A stretch of DNA of 54,040 bases from Candidatus Micrarchaeota archaeon (GCA_043810635.1 JBDRNY010000021.1:1-54040), one strand, 5' to 3'; counted from the stretch's first letter, positions 43,165 to 52,054 are shown. The notes: generated by a model from the sequence alone, not told the origin. Numbers and translations: made by a program.

Positions 43165-43692
43165 ATGGCAAAAAGCTATGTTAAATACGAAACTCCGAAA
43201 GAAATAGTTGCAAAGGCATTGGAAGCACTGACTATTGCAAATGATTCTGGAAGGGTTAGAAAAGGTGCTAATGAAACAACTAAAGGAATTGAAGCTTCTA
43301 CTTCAAAGCTCGTGCTTATTGCATCTGATGTTGAGCCTGAAGAGGTTGTAATGCATCTTCCTGAAGTGTGCAAGGAAAAAGGAGTGGCATTTGTATATAT
43401 TCCGACAAAAAAAGAGCTGGGCGGGGCTATTGGATTGCCTGTGCCTTGCGCTGCTGCTTCTATTGACAAGCCGGGAAATGCAACAGAAATGGTGAAAACT
43501 ATTGTTGACAAAATTACTCCATTGTGCGGAATAAGCGAGAAAAAGGAAGTGAAGGAGAAAAAGGTTGAGAAAAAAGAAGTTGTGAAGGAAAAAGAGGAAA
43601 AGAAGGAAGTGAAGAAAGAAAAGAAGGGAAGGAAAAAACACCCTAAAAAGGAAAAAAAAGCAGAAGCAAAAAAAGAAGAGGAAAAGAAATAG
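43165..43692 (+). CDS. rpl7ae: Ribosomal protein L7Ae (also a box C/D, H/ACA and RNase P subunit) with a ~55-aa Lys/Glu-rich C-terminal extension
   Basis: It contains VKYETPKEIVAKALEALTIANDSGRVRKGANETTKGIEASTSKLVLIASDVEPEEVVMHLPEVCKEKGVAFVYIPTKKELG. The tail reads EKKEVKEKKVEKKEVVKEKEEKKEVKKEKKGRKKHPKKEKKAEAKKEEEKK. Confidence 0.93.
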   Translation: MAKSYVKYETPKEIVAKALEALTIANDSGRVRKGANETTKGIEASTSKLVLIASDVEPEEVVMHLPEVCKEKGVAFVYIPTKKELGGAIGLPVPCAAASIDKPGNATEMVKTIVDKITPLCGISEKKEVKEKKVEKKEVVKEKEEKKEVKKEKKGRKKHPKKEKKAEAKKEEEKK

Positions 43693-43700
43693 GTGAATAA

Positions 43701-43919
43701 ATGGCTGCACCGCACGAAGCAATTCCTGTTGAAATTGTTGATGTAAAAGGAATAAAGACGGGCATACACGGCGAGGTATACCAGGTATTGTGCAAAATAC
43801 AGGCAGGCAAAGACAAGGGAAGAGTGATAAGAAGAAATGTTAAAGGACCTATTAAGAAAGGAGATGTGATTCTTTTGCTTGAAACAGAAAGGGAGGCAAA
43901 AGAAATCAGGGCAAGATAA
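43701..43919 (+). CDS. rps28e: Ribosomal protein S28e
   Basis: It contains PVEIVDVKGIKTGIHGEVYQVLCKIQAGKDKGRVIRRNVKGPIKKGDVILLLETEREA. The operon order is canonical. Confidence 0.93.
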   Translation: MAAPHEAIPVEIVDVKGIKTGIHGEVYQVLCKIQAGKDKGRVIRRNVKGPIKKGDVILLLETEREAKEIRAR

Positions 43920-43929
43920 GGTGTGAAAG

Positions 43930-44220
43930 ATGCCATTTGATTCTTTTTCAAACGAAGATATACCCAAAGGCACTGGCATAATGTATGTAATGAAAGACGG
44001 CAGGCTGTTTTATTTCAAAAACTCAAAAACCATGAAAAATATGCTTAAACTGGGAAGAGACGGCAGGAATGTGCGCTGGACCAAGAAAACTGCTGCATTG
44101 GTGCATGAGAAAAAGAAAGTGGAAAAGAAAGATTCTGCGCTTGCAAAAGAGATAGAAAAGAAATTGGCTGAAAAAGAGGCTGCAAAAGGCGGGGAAGATA
44201 AAAAGAAGGGAAAGGAATGA
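43930..44220 (+). CDS. rpl24e: Ribosomal protein L24e lacking all four zinc-ribbon cysteines
   Basis: IPKGTGIMYVMKDGRLFYFKNSKTMKNMLKLGRDGRNVRWTKK aligns with L24e (C.FCG..I.PGTG.M.V.KDG....FCSSKC), with Cys replaced by D, S, K and T. Confidence 0.85.
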   Translation: MPFDSFSNEDIPKGTGIMYVMKDGRLFYFKNSKTMKNMLKLGRDGRNVRWTKKTAALVHEKKKVEKKDSALAKEIEKKLAEKEAAKGGEDKKKGKE

Positions 44221-44232
44221 TTGGTGGATAAG

Positions 44233-44700
44233 ATGGCAGTTGAACAAACCCTTGTATTGCTAAAGCCTGATGCGTTGCAAAGGGGAATTATTGGCAAAAT
44301 TATTGCAAGAGTGGAAAAAAGAGGGTTGCAAATAATTGGAATGAAGATGATTCAGTTAAATGAAAATATTTGCAAAGAGCATTATGCACACCTTGTTGGC
44401 AAGCCTTTTTACCCGAAATTAGTGCAATTTATGACTTCTGCGCCTGTAATTGCAATTGTTGTGGAAGGAGTGGAGGCAGTAAGAATTGTAAGAGATATGT
44501 GCGGGCCTACAAATGCACGCGAAGCTCCTGCAGGAACTATTAGGGGGGACTTTTCGCTTTCTACTCAATGCAATGTAATACATGCATCAGATTCGCTTGA
44601 AACTGCTGGAAAGGAAATTGCCAGGTTTTTTTCTGAGAAGGAATTATATAAATGGACAAGAGAATTGGACAAACTTACTTGTGCTGAAGATGAAAAGTAG
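44233..44700 (+). CDS. ndk: Nucleoside diphosphate kinase
   Basis: It contains EQTLVLLKPDALQRGIIGKIIARVEKRG, GPTNAREAPAGTIRGDF and NVIHASDS (active-site His). Confidence 0.93.
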   Translation: MAVEQTLVLLKPDALQRGIIGKIIARVEKRGLQIIGMKMIQLNENICKEHYAHLVGKPFYPKLVQFMTSAPVIAIVVEGVEAVRIVRDMCGPTNAREAPAGTIRGDFSLSTQCNVIHASDSLETAGKEIARFFSEKELYKWTRELDKLTCAEDEK

Positions 44701-44737
44701 ATACCTATAAAAACCCCTTTTTACATACATTATATTC

Positions 44738-44850
44738 GTCAGCGGCCATAGGAGCGGGGCAAAACCCGAACCCATCTCGAACTCGGCAGTTAAGCCTGCT
44801 CACGATTGCGCTGTTACTGCATTCCTGCGGGAAGGCCAATTGCTGCTGAC
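44738..44850 (+). rRNA. rrf: 5S ribosomal RNA, not linked to 16S/23S in this window
   Basis: Helix I is GUCAGCGGC.../...GCUGCUGAC. The conserved CCCAUCUCGAACUCGGCAGUUAAGC core is present. Confidence 0.88.
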
Positions 44851-44976
44851 ACAAAATTACTGAATTTTGTGTGACTTGCGCTGCAAGCGCAAGCTGAGCA
44901 CTTAAATTTCATAGCTTTAATCTGAAAGCTGGCAACTAAAACTACTTTTAAAAATACTAGATATGTTATAACACAC

Positions 44977-46407
44977 ATGAAAAAAGCGTTTATATTCTCA
45001 ATTGCCATTCTTTCTCTCTTATTAGGCGTGTTTGCCCTTGATGAGAGCACATGGGGAGGAGGCGGAGGATGGGGGGAGGAAGTTGAAGTGAGGGTGCTGG
45101 ATGCCCATAACAGGCCTGTTGAAGGGGCTGAAGTGTATATAATATGGGAAATATCAGAGTCAAGGGGAGAAGGGCAGACAAAAACAAAAATTGCAAATGA
45201 CAGGGGAAGGGCTGAATTTTCGCTTACAAATATTGAATTTAATGAAGAGGATACAGATTATACTTATGACGTGTATGCAAAATATGGCAAAGCTGAAAAC
45301 AAAACGGAATTTGAATATAATGTGAGTAGTATGCCGAAGACTGTCAATCTTGAAGTGTATAAGGCAACATTTTGGGCAAGGGACAAGGATTTGAAGCCAT
45401 TGAAAATAGGGCTTAATGTTGATGACAGATATGAATTGGAAACAAATGAAAACGGAATTGTGTATATTCTTTTGGATAAAGGAAAGCATTATGTAAAGCC
45501 CATGTTTTTGGATGTCAGGGATGTGATAGAATTCGAGCTGGAAGAGGATGCGCAGATAAATTTAACAGTAAAATTGTACAGCCTTTCTGTAAGGGTTATT
45601 GATGATATGAGCACCCCCCTGTCTGCGCAAGTGTATGCAGGCTCGCAGACAAAAAAGAGCATTGACGATGGGTGGGCTTATTTTTCAAATATAACAAAGT
45701 CAGATTTGATGGTGCAGGCAAGCTATGGAAGGTACAAAAAAACTTCTTCAGTGAATTTGAGTATAAGCAATGAAACAATTATTATATTTGACAGCCACCC
45801 CCCCACAATATCAGATGTTTTTCCGCAGTGGAACCAGCAAAACCTTCAGGTAAGGGCGGTTATATCTGATGATGGGCAGTATGCAAGCGGCTTGCGGGAC
45901 GGGAATGCTTCAATAGACTTGTTTTATATCGGGGAAGATAAGGTGCAGAGGCAGGTGCCGATGTATGGTGTTGGTTATAATCTTTTTGAGGGGCTTGTTC
46001 CTACCCAGCCGGGAATGGGCACAATAAGGTATATTGTGCAGGCAACTGATGCTGACGGAAACACTGCAAGCGAGGCAGACACTTTTGTAATTCCGACTAC
46101 AGCAATTCCGGGAAACGGCACGCAGGGAGGGAAGCCGCCCCTGGACGCAATAATTGAAATGTTCGGAGGGGGCTGGACAATTATTCCCATTATTATTTTC
46201 ATAATTGCAATAATAATTGTTGGAGGGTATTGGTATTACAATACAAGAAAAGCTCCAAGTGAGGAAGGGGAGGAGCCGGAATACAAGTACAGGACAAAGG
46301 AGGAAAAGGCAGAGCAGGCAAAAGAAAAAAAGGATATAAAGAAAATGGTGCCAAAGAAAAGAGAGGGCAAGCCAGTGCCTCCAAAGCCCCCGGCAGCCAA
46401 AAAATAA
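44977..46407 (+). CDS. Secreted surface protein with a carboxypeptidase-regulatory/Ig-like N-terminal domain, a C-terminal TM and a Lys/Glu-rich cytoplasmic tail
   Basis: It has a signal peptide (FIFSIAILSLLLGVFA), VEVRVLDAHNRPVEGAEVYIIWE, and the TM WTIIPIIIFIIAIIIVGGYWYY. Confidence 0.7.
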   Translation: MKKAFIFSIAILSLLLGVFALDESTWGGGGGWGEEVEVRVLDAHNRPVEGAEVYIIWEISESRGEGQTKTKIANDRGRAEFSLTNIEFNEEDTDYTYDVYAKYGKAENKTEFEYNVSSMPKTVNLEVYKATFWARDKDLKPLKIGLNVDDRYELETNENGIVYILLDKGKHYVKPMFLDVRDVIEFELEEDAQINLTVKLYSLSVRVIDDMSTPLSAQVYAGSQTKKSIDDGWAYFSNITKSDLMVQASYGRYKKTSSVNLSISNETIIIFDSHPPTISDVFPQWNQQNLQVRAVISDDGQYASGLRDGNASIDLFYIGEDKVQRQVPMYGVGYNLFEGLVPTQPGMGTIRYIVQATDADGNTASEADTFVIPTTAIPGNGTQGGKPPLDAIIEMFGGGWTIIPIIIFIIAIIIVGGYWYYNTRKAPSEEGEEPEYKYRTKEEKAEQAKEKKDIKKMVPKKREGKPVPPKPPAAKK

Positions 46408-46420
46408 GCAACTGATTTTT

Positions 46421-46915
46421 ATGGACAATAAATTGCGGGAGATTCTTTCAAAGCCTTTTGGGCCGGTTATGAAAGTGGAAGAGGTAATTTCAAAGCTTGG
46501 AAAAGAAAAAATGAAACTAGTTATTGCAATAGGGGATGAAAGCGTGTATAACTTATTGATAAATGATATAATGCCGGATGTGGGAATATTTGATTTTAAA
46601 GTGAAGAGGGAGAGGGTGCCTGAGGAGTGGATAAGAGTTATACAGAAGAGTGCGGGAAATGCAATTAAAATAAAAAATCCGGCAGGAGAGATAACTTCCG
46701 AACTTGAAAAAGAAGTGAAGGAAACAGTGGAAAACGGGAAAGGATGGATTGAAATTATAGGGGAAGAGGATTTGGCAGCATTGCCTGCCCTTGCTTATGC
46801 GCCTGAAGGTGCGCTGATTTTATACGGGCAGCCGGATGAGGGGATTGTCTGGCTGGAAATAAGTGAAGAAAATAAAAAGAAGGGAAATGAATTGCTGGGG
46901 AAAATAAGAGAGTAA
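46421..46915 (+). CDS. GTP-dependent dephospho-CoA kinase (DUF359/UPF0218 family)
   Basis: It has the family pattern IAIGDESVYNLL...PDVGIFDFKVKRE...IIGEEDLAALPALAYAPEGALILYGQPDEGIVW. Confidence 0.7.
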   Translation: MDNKLREILSKPFGPVMKVEEVISKLGKEKMKLVIAIGDESVYNLLINDIMPDVGIFDFKVKRERVPEEWIRVIQKSAGNAIKIKNPAGEITSELEKEVKETVENGKGWIEIIGEEDLAALPALAYAPEGALILYGQPDEGIVWLEISEENKKKGNELLGKIRE

Positions 46916-46934
46916 TTTTTGCTCCAAGAAAATT

Positions 46935-48170
46935 TCACTCATACCTCAGCGCTTCAATAGGAGTTATGCTTGCTGCGCGCCTTGCAGGAAGAAAGCCTGA
47001 TACCATTCCTATTGTAAAACTAAATCCAAGGGCAAATGTAATAAGAGACAAATCTATAATTGCATGAAAGCCGGCAATGTTTACTATTAATGCAAAAAAT
47101 CCGCCAACTAAAATTCCAATAACCCCCCCGAGCAAGCCGAGCATTCCGCTTTCAATTATGAAAATGGAAAGCACTGCAAAATCTGAAGCCCCTATTGCTT
47201 TCAAAGTGCCTATTTCCCCTGTCCGTTCCATTACAGCCATATACATTGTATTCATTACCCCCACTCCGCCAACAATAAGTGAAATTGAGGCAATAAAGGC
47301 AAGGAAAAGGGAAATCAGGTCTGTTATCATTCCAATTTGGTCCAGCATGGATTCAGAAGTCATTATAGTAAAATCTTTTTCTTCCAGGCGCACATGGTGG
47401 GCTGCTGCAAGCGCTATTTCCGCCCTTTCTGCAACCTGGGTTACATTCATGCCGTCTGCCACCTCAAACATAATTCCATTAACTTCATTTTTTGCCAAAC
47501 TGCCTCCTGACAATTCTTTCATGTCATCAATATGCACAACTACTGCATTGTCATTGTCTTCCCCTTCAAGCCCTCCTTTTTTCTCAAGCACCCCAATCAC
47601 GCGGAATTTTTTCTTTTCTTTTCCAATATAAATAAACTGGCCGGCAGATATTTTGCGGTCAAACACATCATCAGCAATATTTGCCCCAAGAAGAGCAACA
47701 TTTCTGTCACTATCACGAGGAAACCTGCCTTCCCTTAATACATAAAAATCCTTATACATGGCAAAGAGAGCGTCTGGATAAACCCCCATAACAGATATGG
47801 AAGCTGTCTGGTCACGGAATGTGATGCTCTGCTGACTCATAATATAGGCAGTAATAAGTTCAACCCCTGGCACCCCTGCAATAGTGTTTATATCTTTTTC
47901 AAAAAGCCTGCCTTCAGAAGCCCCGGGGGCATGGCTTCCGCCCATCATGCTTGAGAGGCTTCCGGGCATAACCACAACCATGTTTGAGCCAAATGCGCTC
48001 ATCATGTCATCAATTGTATAAGAAAGCCCCTCGCCCAATGAAATTAAGGAAACTATTGCAGCAATTCCGATAACTATTCCAAGTATTGTTAAGGAAGAGC
48101 GGAGTTTGCTGTAGAGCAAGGAGCGGTATGCATACCAGAAAAATTCAATAATTGAATCAATTTTCCACAT
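46935..48170 (-). CDS. ABC transporter permease, MacB/FtsX family
   Basis: It has an N-terminal TM, a ~230-aa periplasmic-type domain and a C-terminal FtsX-like 3-TM module (GEIGTLKAIGASDFAVLSIFIIES). Confidence 0.85.
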   Translation of the reverse strand: MWKIDSIIEFFWYAYRSLLYSKLRSSLTILGIVIGIAAIVSLISLGEGLSYTIDDMMSAFGSNMVVVMPGSLSSMMGGSHAPGASEGRLFEKDINTIAGVPGVELITAYIMSQQSITFRDQTASISVMGVYPDALFAMYKDFYVLREGRFPRDSDRNVALLGANIADDVFDRKISAGQFIYIGKEKKKFRVIGVLEKKGGLEGEDNDNAVVVHIDDMKELSGGSLAKNEVNGIMFEVADGMNVTQVAERAEIALAAAHHVRLEEKDFTIMTSESMLDQIGMITDLISLFLAFIASISLIVGGVGVMNTMYMAVMERTGEIGTLKAIGASDFAVLSIFIIESGMLGLLGGVIGILVGGFFALIVNIAGFHAIIDLSLITFALGFSFTIGMVSGFLPARRAASITPIEALRYE

Positions 48171-48174
48171 TTTC

Positions 48175-49392
48175 TTAACCCTGCCTTATTGCAACAATTG
48201 GGGAAAGCTTGGAAGCTTTTCTTGCAGGCAAAATGCCGGATATTACCCCGATTCCGATGCTGAATATTAATGCAAAAGCAATAAGCCACGGGCTTATTAC
48301 TGTTTTGAAATCAAAGAATGAAACTATAATTGACAATACCCAGCCAATCAGCAAGCCTATAATTCCGCCAACAAGGCCGATAATCGCGCTTTCCAAAACT
48401 ATGAGAAGCAAAACATCTTTGCTGGATGCACCTATTGCTTTCAAAGTGCCTATTTCTTTTGTTTTTTCCATTACAGCCATATACATTGTATTTGCAACCC
48501 CCACTCCCCCAACAAGCAGGGAAATGGCTGTAATAAATCCTAAGAATGCAGTAAGTATGCCTATAATTTGTCCAACCTGCTCAAGTATAGAATCAGAAGT
48601 CATAATTGAGAAATCCTTGTCATCAATAGATACTCCGCGCGAGGATGCCAAAGCCCATTCAACCCTGCCAATTGTTTCATCAAAATCAAACCCCTCGGCA
48701 ACCTGAAATCTTACCATTGTAACCTCATTTTCAGCTATGCTGTCTCCTGCCAATTTCTCTGCATCAGCATAAGGAATTATGATGACAGATTTTGCCACAG
48801 CATTGGCAGGGTCAAGGATGCCCACAACTCTAAACCTCTTTTTTTCCTCCCCCAAATAAAATACTGAACCCACATCCATATGCTGGCTTTTGAATATTGA
48901 ATCATCTGCATACTGCTCGCCGATAACCGCCACTCCCCGGTCATATTCTGTCAAATACCTTCCTTTATACACACCTATGTCAACCAATTTGGAAAACTTT
49001 TCTGGCTCGGTTCCATATACAGAAACTGTAAGGTTTTTTTTCTTAAATTCCATGGAAGTGCTTACTGCAAGCTGCTTTGTTACATAGGTGGTGCCTGGAA
49101 TTGTTTTAACTCGCTCCATATCTTTTTCAAATATTTTTCCTTTGGATGGGGGGGCATATCCTCCCCCGCTCATTGCCATGGAAGACATATCTCCGGCCAT
49201 TATTACTGCATTTCTTGGCCCAAATGCTTCAAGCTGCTCTTCCACCCCTGCCATAAGCCCGTCGCTTATTGATATTAGGCAAACAACAGCAGCCACCCCT
49301 ATTACAATGCCAAGCACTGTAAGATAGGAACGAAGCTTGCGGTGGGAAAGGGAGCGCAAAGAATATGAAAGCAGGTCAATTAAGCTTACCAT
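48175..49392 (-). CDS. ABC transporter permease, MacB/FtsX family (paralog of the previous gene)
   Basis: It has the same architecture (KEIGTLKAIGASSKDVLLLIVLES). Confidence 0.85.
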   Translation of the reverse strand: MVSLIDLLSYSLRSLSHRKLRSYLTVLGIVIGVAAVVCLISISDGLMAGVEEQLEAFGPRNAVIMAGDMSSMAMSGGGYAPPSKGKIFEKDMERVKTIPGTTYVTKQLAVSTSMEFKKKNLTVSVYGTEPEKFSKLVDIGVYKGRYLTEYDRGVAVIGEQYADDSIFKSQHMDVGSVFYLGEEKKRFRVVGILDPANAVAKSVIIIPYADAEKLAGDSIAENEVTMVRFQVAEGFDFDETIGRVEWALASSRGVSIDDKDFSIMTSDSILEQVGQIIGILTAFLGFITAISLLVGGVGVANTMYMAVMEKTKEIGTLKAIGASSKDVLLLIVLESAIIGLVGGIIGLLIGWVLSIIVSFFDFKTVISPWLIAFALIFSIGIGVISGILPARKASKLSPIVAIRQG

Positions 49393-49402
49393 AACTCTGC
49401 CC

Positions 49403-50962
49403 TCACTTCTTTTTCTCTTTTCTCATATAGAAATACCAATACAAAGCAGCAATCAGCACAACTGCACCCACTATTGCAAATATGCACATTGTGAAATCGC
49501 CGCTTCCTCCTGCAGCATCTGCGCCCAATATTTTCAGCTCAATTGTTTGGGTTATGTCATACTCTTTGTTGTAAGAGTCTCGGAATTTCATGTTTACATC
49601 AAGGTTGTGTATTCCCGGAGTGGTATTGGCGGGTATTTTTACCTTGTATTGCACTGTGCTAAAGTCATCTTCCACAAGCCCGCCGATAAATTGCTTATCT
49701 TGGGCTTCTTGCAATACAAATGCATCCCCTTCAATTCCAACAGTAAGCGCTTTTATTGAGGAAGTGCCTACATTTGACACAAGCACAGAAAGGCTGTGGT
49801 CCCCTCCAACAACAAGAGGGGCGGGGTTTGCTGATACAAATACGCTCACATCACTCAATCCTTCCACATTTATTCCAAGAGGAAGAAGCTCGGGCGAGCG
49901 GGAATCCCCGTTTTCATCCTTTGAATTTACTGCCATATACTGGCGGTAGAATCCGGTTGCCACATCGCTAACTCCAACATCCAAAGTTACCAGTTTTGAA
50001 TCACCCGGCGCAAGGTCTCCTACAGAAGCATATGTTGCTCCAAGGGTTGTGAGGGTGTTGCCTGTGCAAAGAGAGGTGTCATAGCCTGCTGTTTCACAGT
50101 CTTTTGCTGTTGCCATCTCAATTCTTACATCATATGCAGTTTCGTCTCCATTGTTAAACACTTTTAATTTTAATGGCAAATCATAGCCGGGAACAAATTT
50201 GTAACCTCCCTCAAGAGATAAATCTATTCTTGGTGATTTTCGTTTTACAACAAGGCGCAGCTTTTCTGCAGATGTCTGCTCCCCGCCTGCTTCGTCAAGG
50301 TAGATTATTGTAACAGGCACTGAATAGGTGCCAGAAGTTATGTTTGATGCAAGAGTTACTCCGAGCACAAACTCGTTTGACTCCCCAACACCAATATTGC
50401 CTATAACAAGCGGGTTGGGCCCTGTTTGCAAAAATTGGGAAGAGTTTATGGAAAAGCGGATGTTTCTTGCAGCCCCGCCATTGTTTGAAATTCTTATATT
50501 TACCTCAAAATCCCCTGTGGTGTAAACAGTTTTGTCAAGCGCTTCTAATGAGAAAATTGCAGGGTTGGTTACTGTTATGGGGGTTTGGATTGTTTTGTAT
50601 GCAGTGCCTGTGGCATTTACCCAGCTGAATTTAACTGTCATCTGGTAAACTCCTGCAGGGGTGGATAAGGGCACTGAAAACGGAACAGTTGCGGTGCCTG
50701 AAGAAGAGGGCCGGAAATCCCCGAGAAATGTGCTTCCTTGAGAATGTATATATCCGGTTCCGGACGCTTCTACAATAACAGAAGTTGCATCTCTTGTATC
50801 TGCATTTGAAACCGTCATGCTCACAACCCCGGTAGTGCCGGGGCGCACAATAGACGGAAGCACGGTTATATTTGAGACAGACAAGTCTGCAAATATTGCA
50901 CTGCTCAGCAAAAACAATGCCAAAGCAAAAATTCCTATATTTTTATACAACTTCCCGTTCAT
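49403..50962 (-). CDS. Secreted repeat protein with CARDB/COG1361-type S-layer-like domains and a C-terminal TM
   Basis: It has a signal peptide (MNGKLYKNIGIFALALFLLSSAIFA) and four repeats with the x-N-x-G-x-x-x-A pattern (SNADTRDA, SNNGGAARN, FNNGDETAY, SNVGTSSIKA). ATG 50962 overlaps the upstream small-ORF stop (ATGA). Confidence 0.75.
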   Translation of the reverse strand: MNGKLYKNIGIFALALFLLSSAIFADLSVSNITVLPSIVRPGTTGVVSMTVSNADTRDATSVIVEASGTGYIHSQGSTFLGDFRPSSSGTATVPFSVPLSTPAGVYQMTVKFSWVNATGTAYKTIQTPITVTNPAIFSLEALDKTVYTTGDFEVNIRISNNGGAARNIRFSINSSQFLQTGPNPLVIGNIGVGESNEFVLGVTLASNITSGTYSVPVTIIYLDEAGGEQTSAEKLRLVVKRKSPRIDLSLEGGYKFVPGYDLPLKLKVFNNGDETAYDVRIEMATAKDCETAGYDTSLCTGNTLTTLGATYASVGDLAPGDSKLVTLDVGVSDVATGFYRQYMAVNSKDENGDSRSPELLPLGINVEGLSDVSVFVSANPAPLVVGGDHSLSVLVSNVGTSSIKALTVGIEGDAFVLQEAQDKQFIGGLVEDDFSTVQYKVKIPANTTPGIHNLDVNMKFRDSYNKEYDITQTIELKILGADAAGGSGDFTMCIFAIVGAVVLIAALYWYFYMRKEKKK

Positions 50963-51171
50963 AAAACCACCCGCAAGGAAACCCACGATTTCAATCGTGG
51001 GAGGAATTGTGAAGCTTCCAGTGGAAACCTACCCTCAAAACCTTTAAATATCCCTGTAAACATATTCTCTTCGTATTTTGGAGCGGATTCGTCCAGTTTT
51101 CCAGATATGAAGTGTCGGTCAATACGCTTGTCCGCTGACATGACGGGTTGCTGTTTAGTTATGCGGTGCAT
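50959..51171 (-). CDS. Small hypothetical protein (70 aa) inside the ABC operon
   Basis: A GGAGGT lies 7 nt upstream of the ATG, and there is ATGA coupling to the downstream gene. No recognisable domain. Confidence 0.4.
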   Translation of the reverse strand: MHRITKQQPVMSADKRIDRHFISGKLDESAPKYEENMFTGIFKGFEGRFPLEASQFLPRLKSWVSLRVVL

Positions 51172-51228
51172 ATTTGTGACCTCCGATTGGAATTGAATTG
51201 CCTCTGCGGCTGGGTATCCGCATGCAAG

Positions 51229-51248
51229 CCAACCAATTTATTGGTTGG
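51229..51248. repeat. Perfect 20-nt palindrome CCAACCAAT-TT-ATTGGTTGG between the ABC ATPase gene and the small ORF
   Basis: It has 9-bp arms and a 2-nt spacer. It lies 25 nt after the ATPase stop and about 58 nt before the small-ORF ATG. Confidence 0.85.
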
Positions 51249-51272
51249 TAGTTGACAACACTCACCTTGTTA

Positions 51273-51992
51273 TTATTTTTTCTTATAAACATCAGATTCT
51301 ATTTTCCCGTCCTTTAATTTTATAACCCTCGGGCTGCGCTTTGCAATTTCTGCGTCATGTGATACGATTATTATGGTGCGCCCCTCTTTATGCAGCCTGT
51401 CAAAAACTTTCAATACTTCATCCCCTGTTTTTGAATCCAAATTTCCTGTCGGCTCGTCTGCCAACAAAATTGACGGGTCGTTTACAAGCGAGCGCGCAAT
51501 TGCAACCCTTTGCCTCTGCCCTCCTGACAATTCTGCAGGGCGGTGGGTAAGCCTGTCTCCCATCCCAATGCTTTCAAGCGCTGCGGTTGCTTTTCTTATC
51601 CTTTCCTCTTTTGAAACATTGTAAAACATCATAGGCAGGGCAGTATTTTCAAGAGCGGAGAGGGAGGGGATGAGGTGAAATGCCTGGAATATAAATCCTA
51701 TTTTCTTTCCCCTGAAATAAGACAACTCGTCATCAGTAAGGCGGGCAATGTCTGTGTTGTCTATTTTCATGGTTCCGTTTGTCGGCCTGTCAAGCAATCC
51801 CAGGATGTGGAGAAGGGTGCTTTTTCCGCTGCCAGAAGGGCCCATTATTGACACTCTTTCGCCCTCTTTTATATCCAAAGACAGGCCGCAAAGCGCATGC
51901 ACCTGCACCTCGCCCATCTGATATGTTTTGGCAACATCATTAAGAGAAAGCACGGTTTTCCCTTTTTGGATAGTCTTTGACGAACGCCTCAT
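51273..51992 (-). CDS. ABC transporter ATP-binding protein (MacB/LolD-like)
   Basis: It has Walker A GPSGSGKST, the signature LSGGQRQRVAIARSL and Walker B ILLADEPTGNLD. Confidence 0.93.
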   Translation of the reverse strand: MRRSSKTIQKGKTVLSLNDVAKTYQMGEVQVHALCGLSLDIKEGERVSIMGPSGSGKSTLLHILGLLDRPTNGTMKIDNTDIARLTDDELSYFRGKKIGFIFQAFHLIPSLSALENTALPMMFYNVSKEERIRKATAALESIGMGDRLTHRPAELSGGQRQRVAIARSLVNDPSILLADEPTGNLDSKTGDEVLKVFDRLHKEGRTIIIVSHDAEIAKRSPRVIKLKDGKIESDVYKKK

Positions 51993-52054
51993 TTTGGCTC
52001 AACCCTTGTTCATTTTAAACCTCAATAAATTATTATAACCCTTTACTCCTAAAA

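Noticed and set aside
43120-43165. A K-turn (L7Ae autoregulatory site) in the rpl7ae leader, suggested by GAUGA and UGA strings (CCGAUGAAAAUUGAGGUGAGC, AAUGAAAUGAGGAGGCGAUGAAG)
   Set aside because: I could not build the required canonical stem, 3-nt bulge and tandem G.A arrangement with complementary flanks. The GA-rich strings are explained by SD sequences and start/stop codons.
44814-45050. 78-aa minus-strand ORF
   Set aside because: It overlaps the 3' end of the 5S rRNA, its downstream hairpins and the start of the 44977 gene. It has no SD, so it is spurious.
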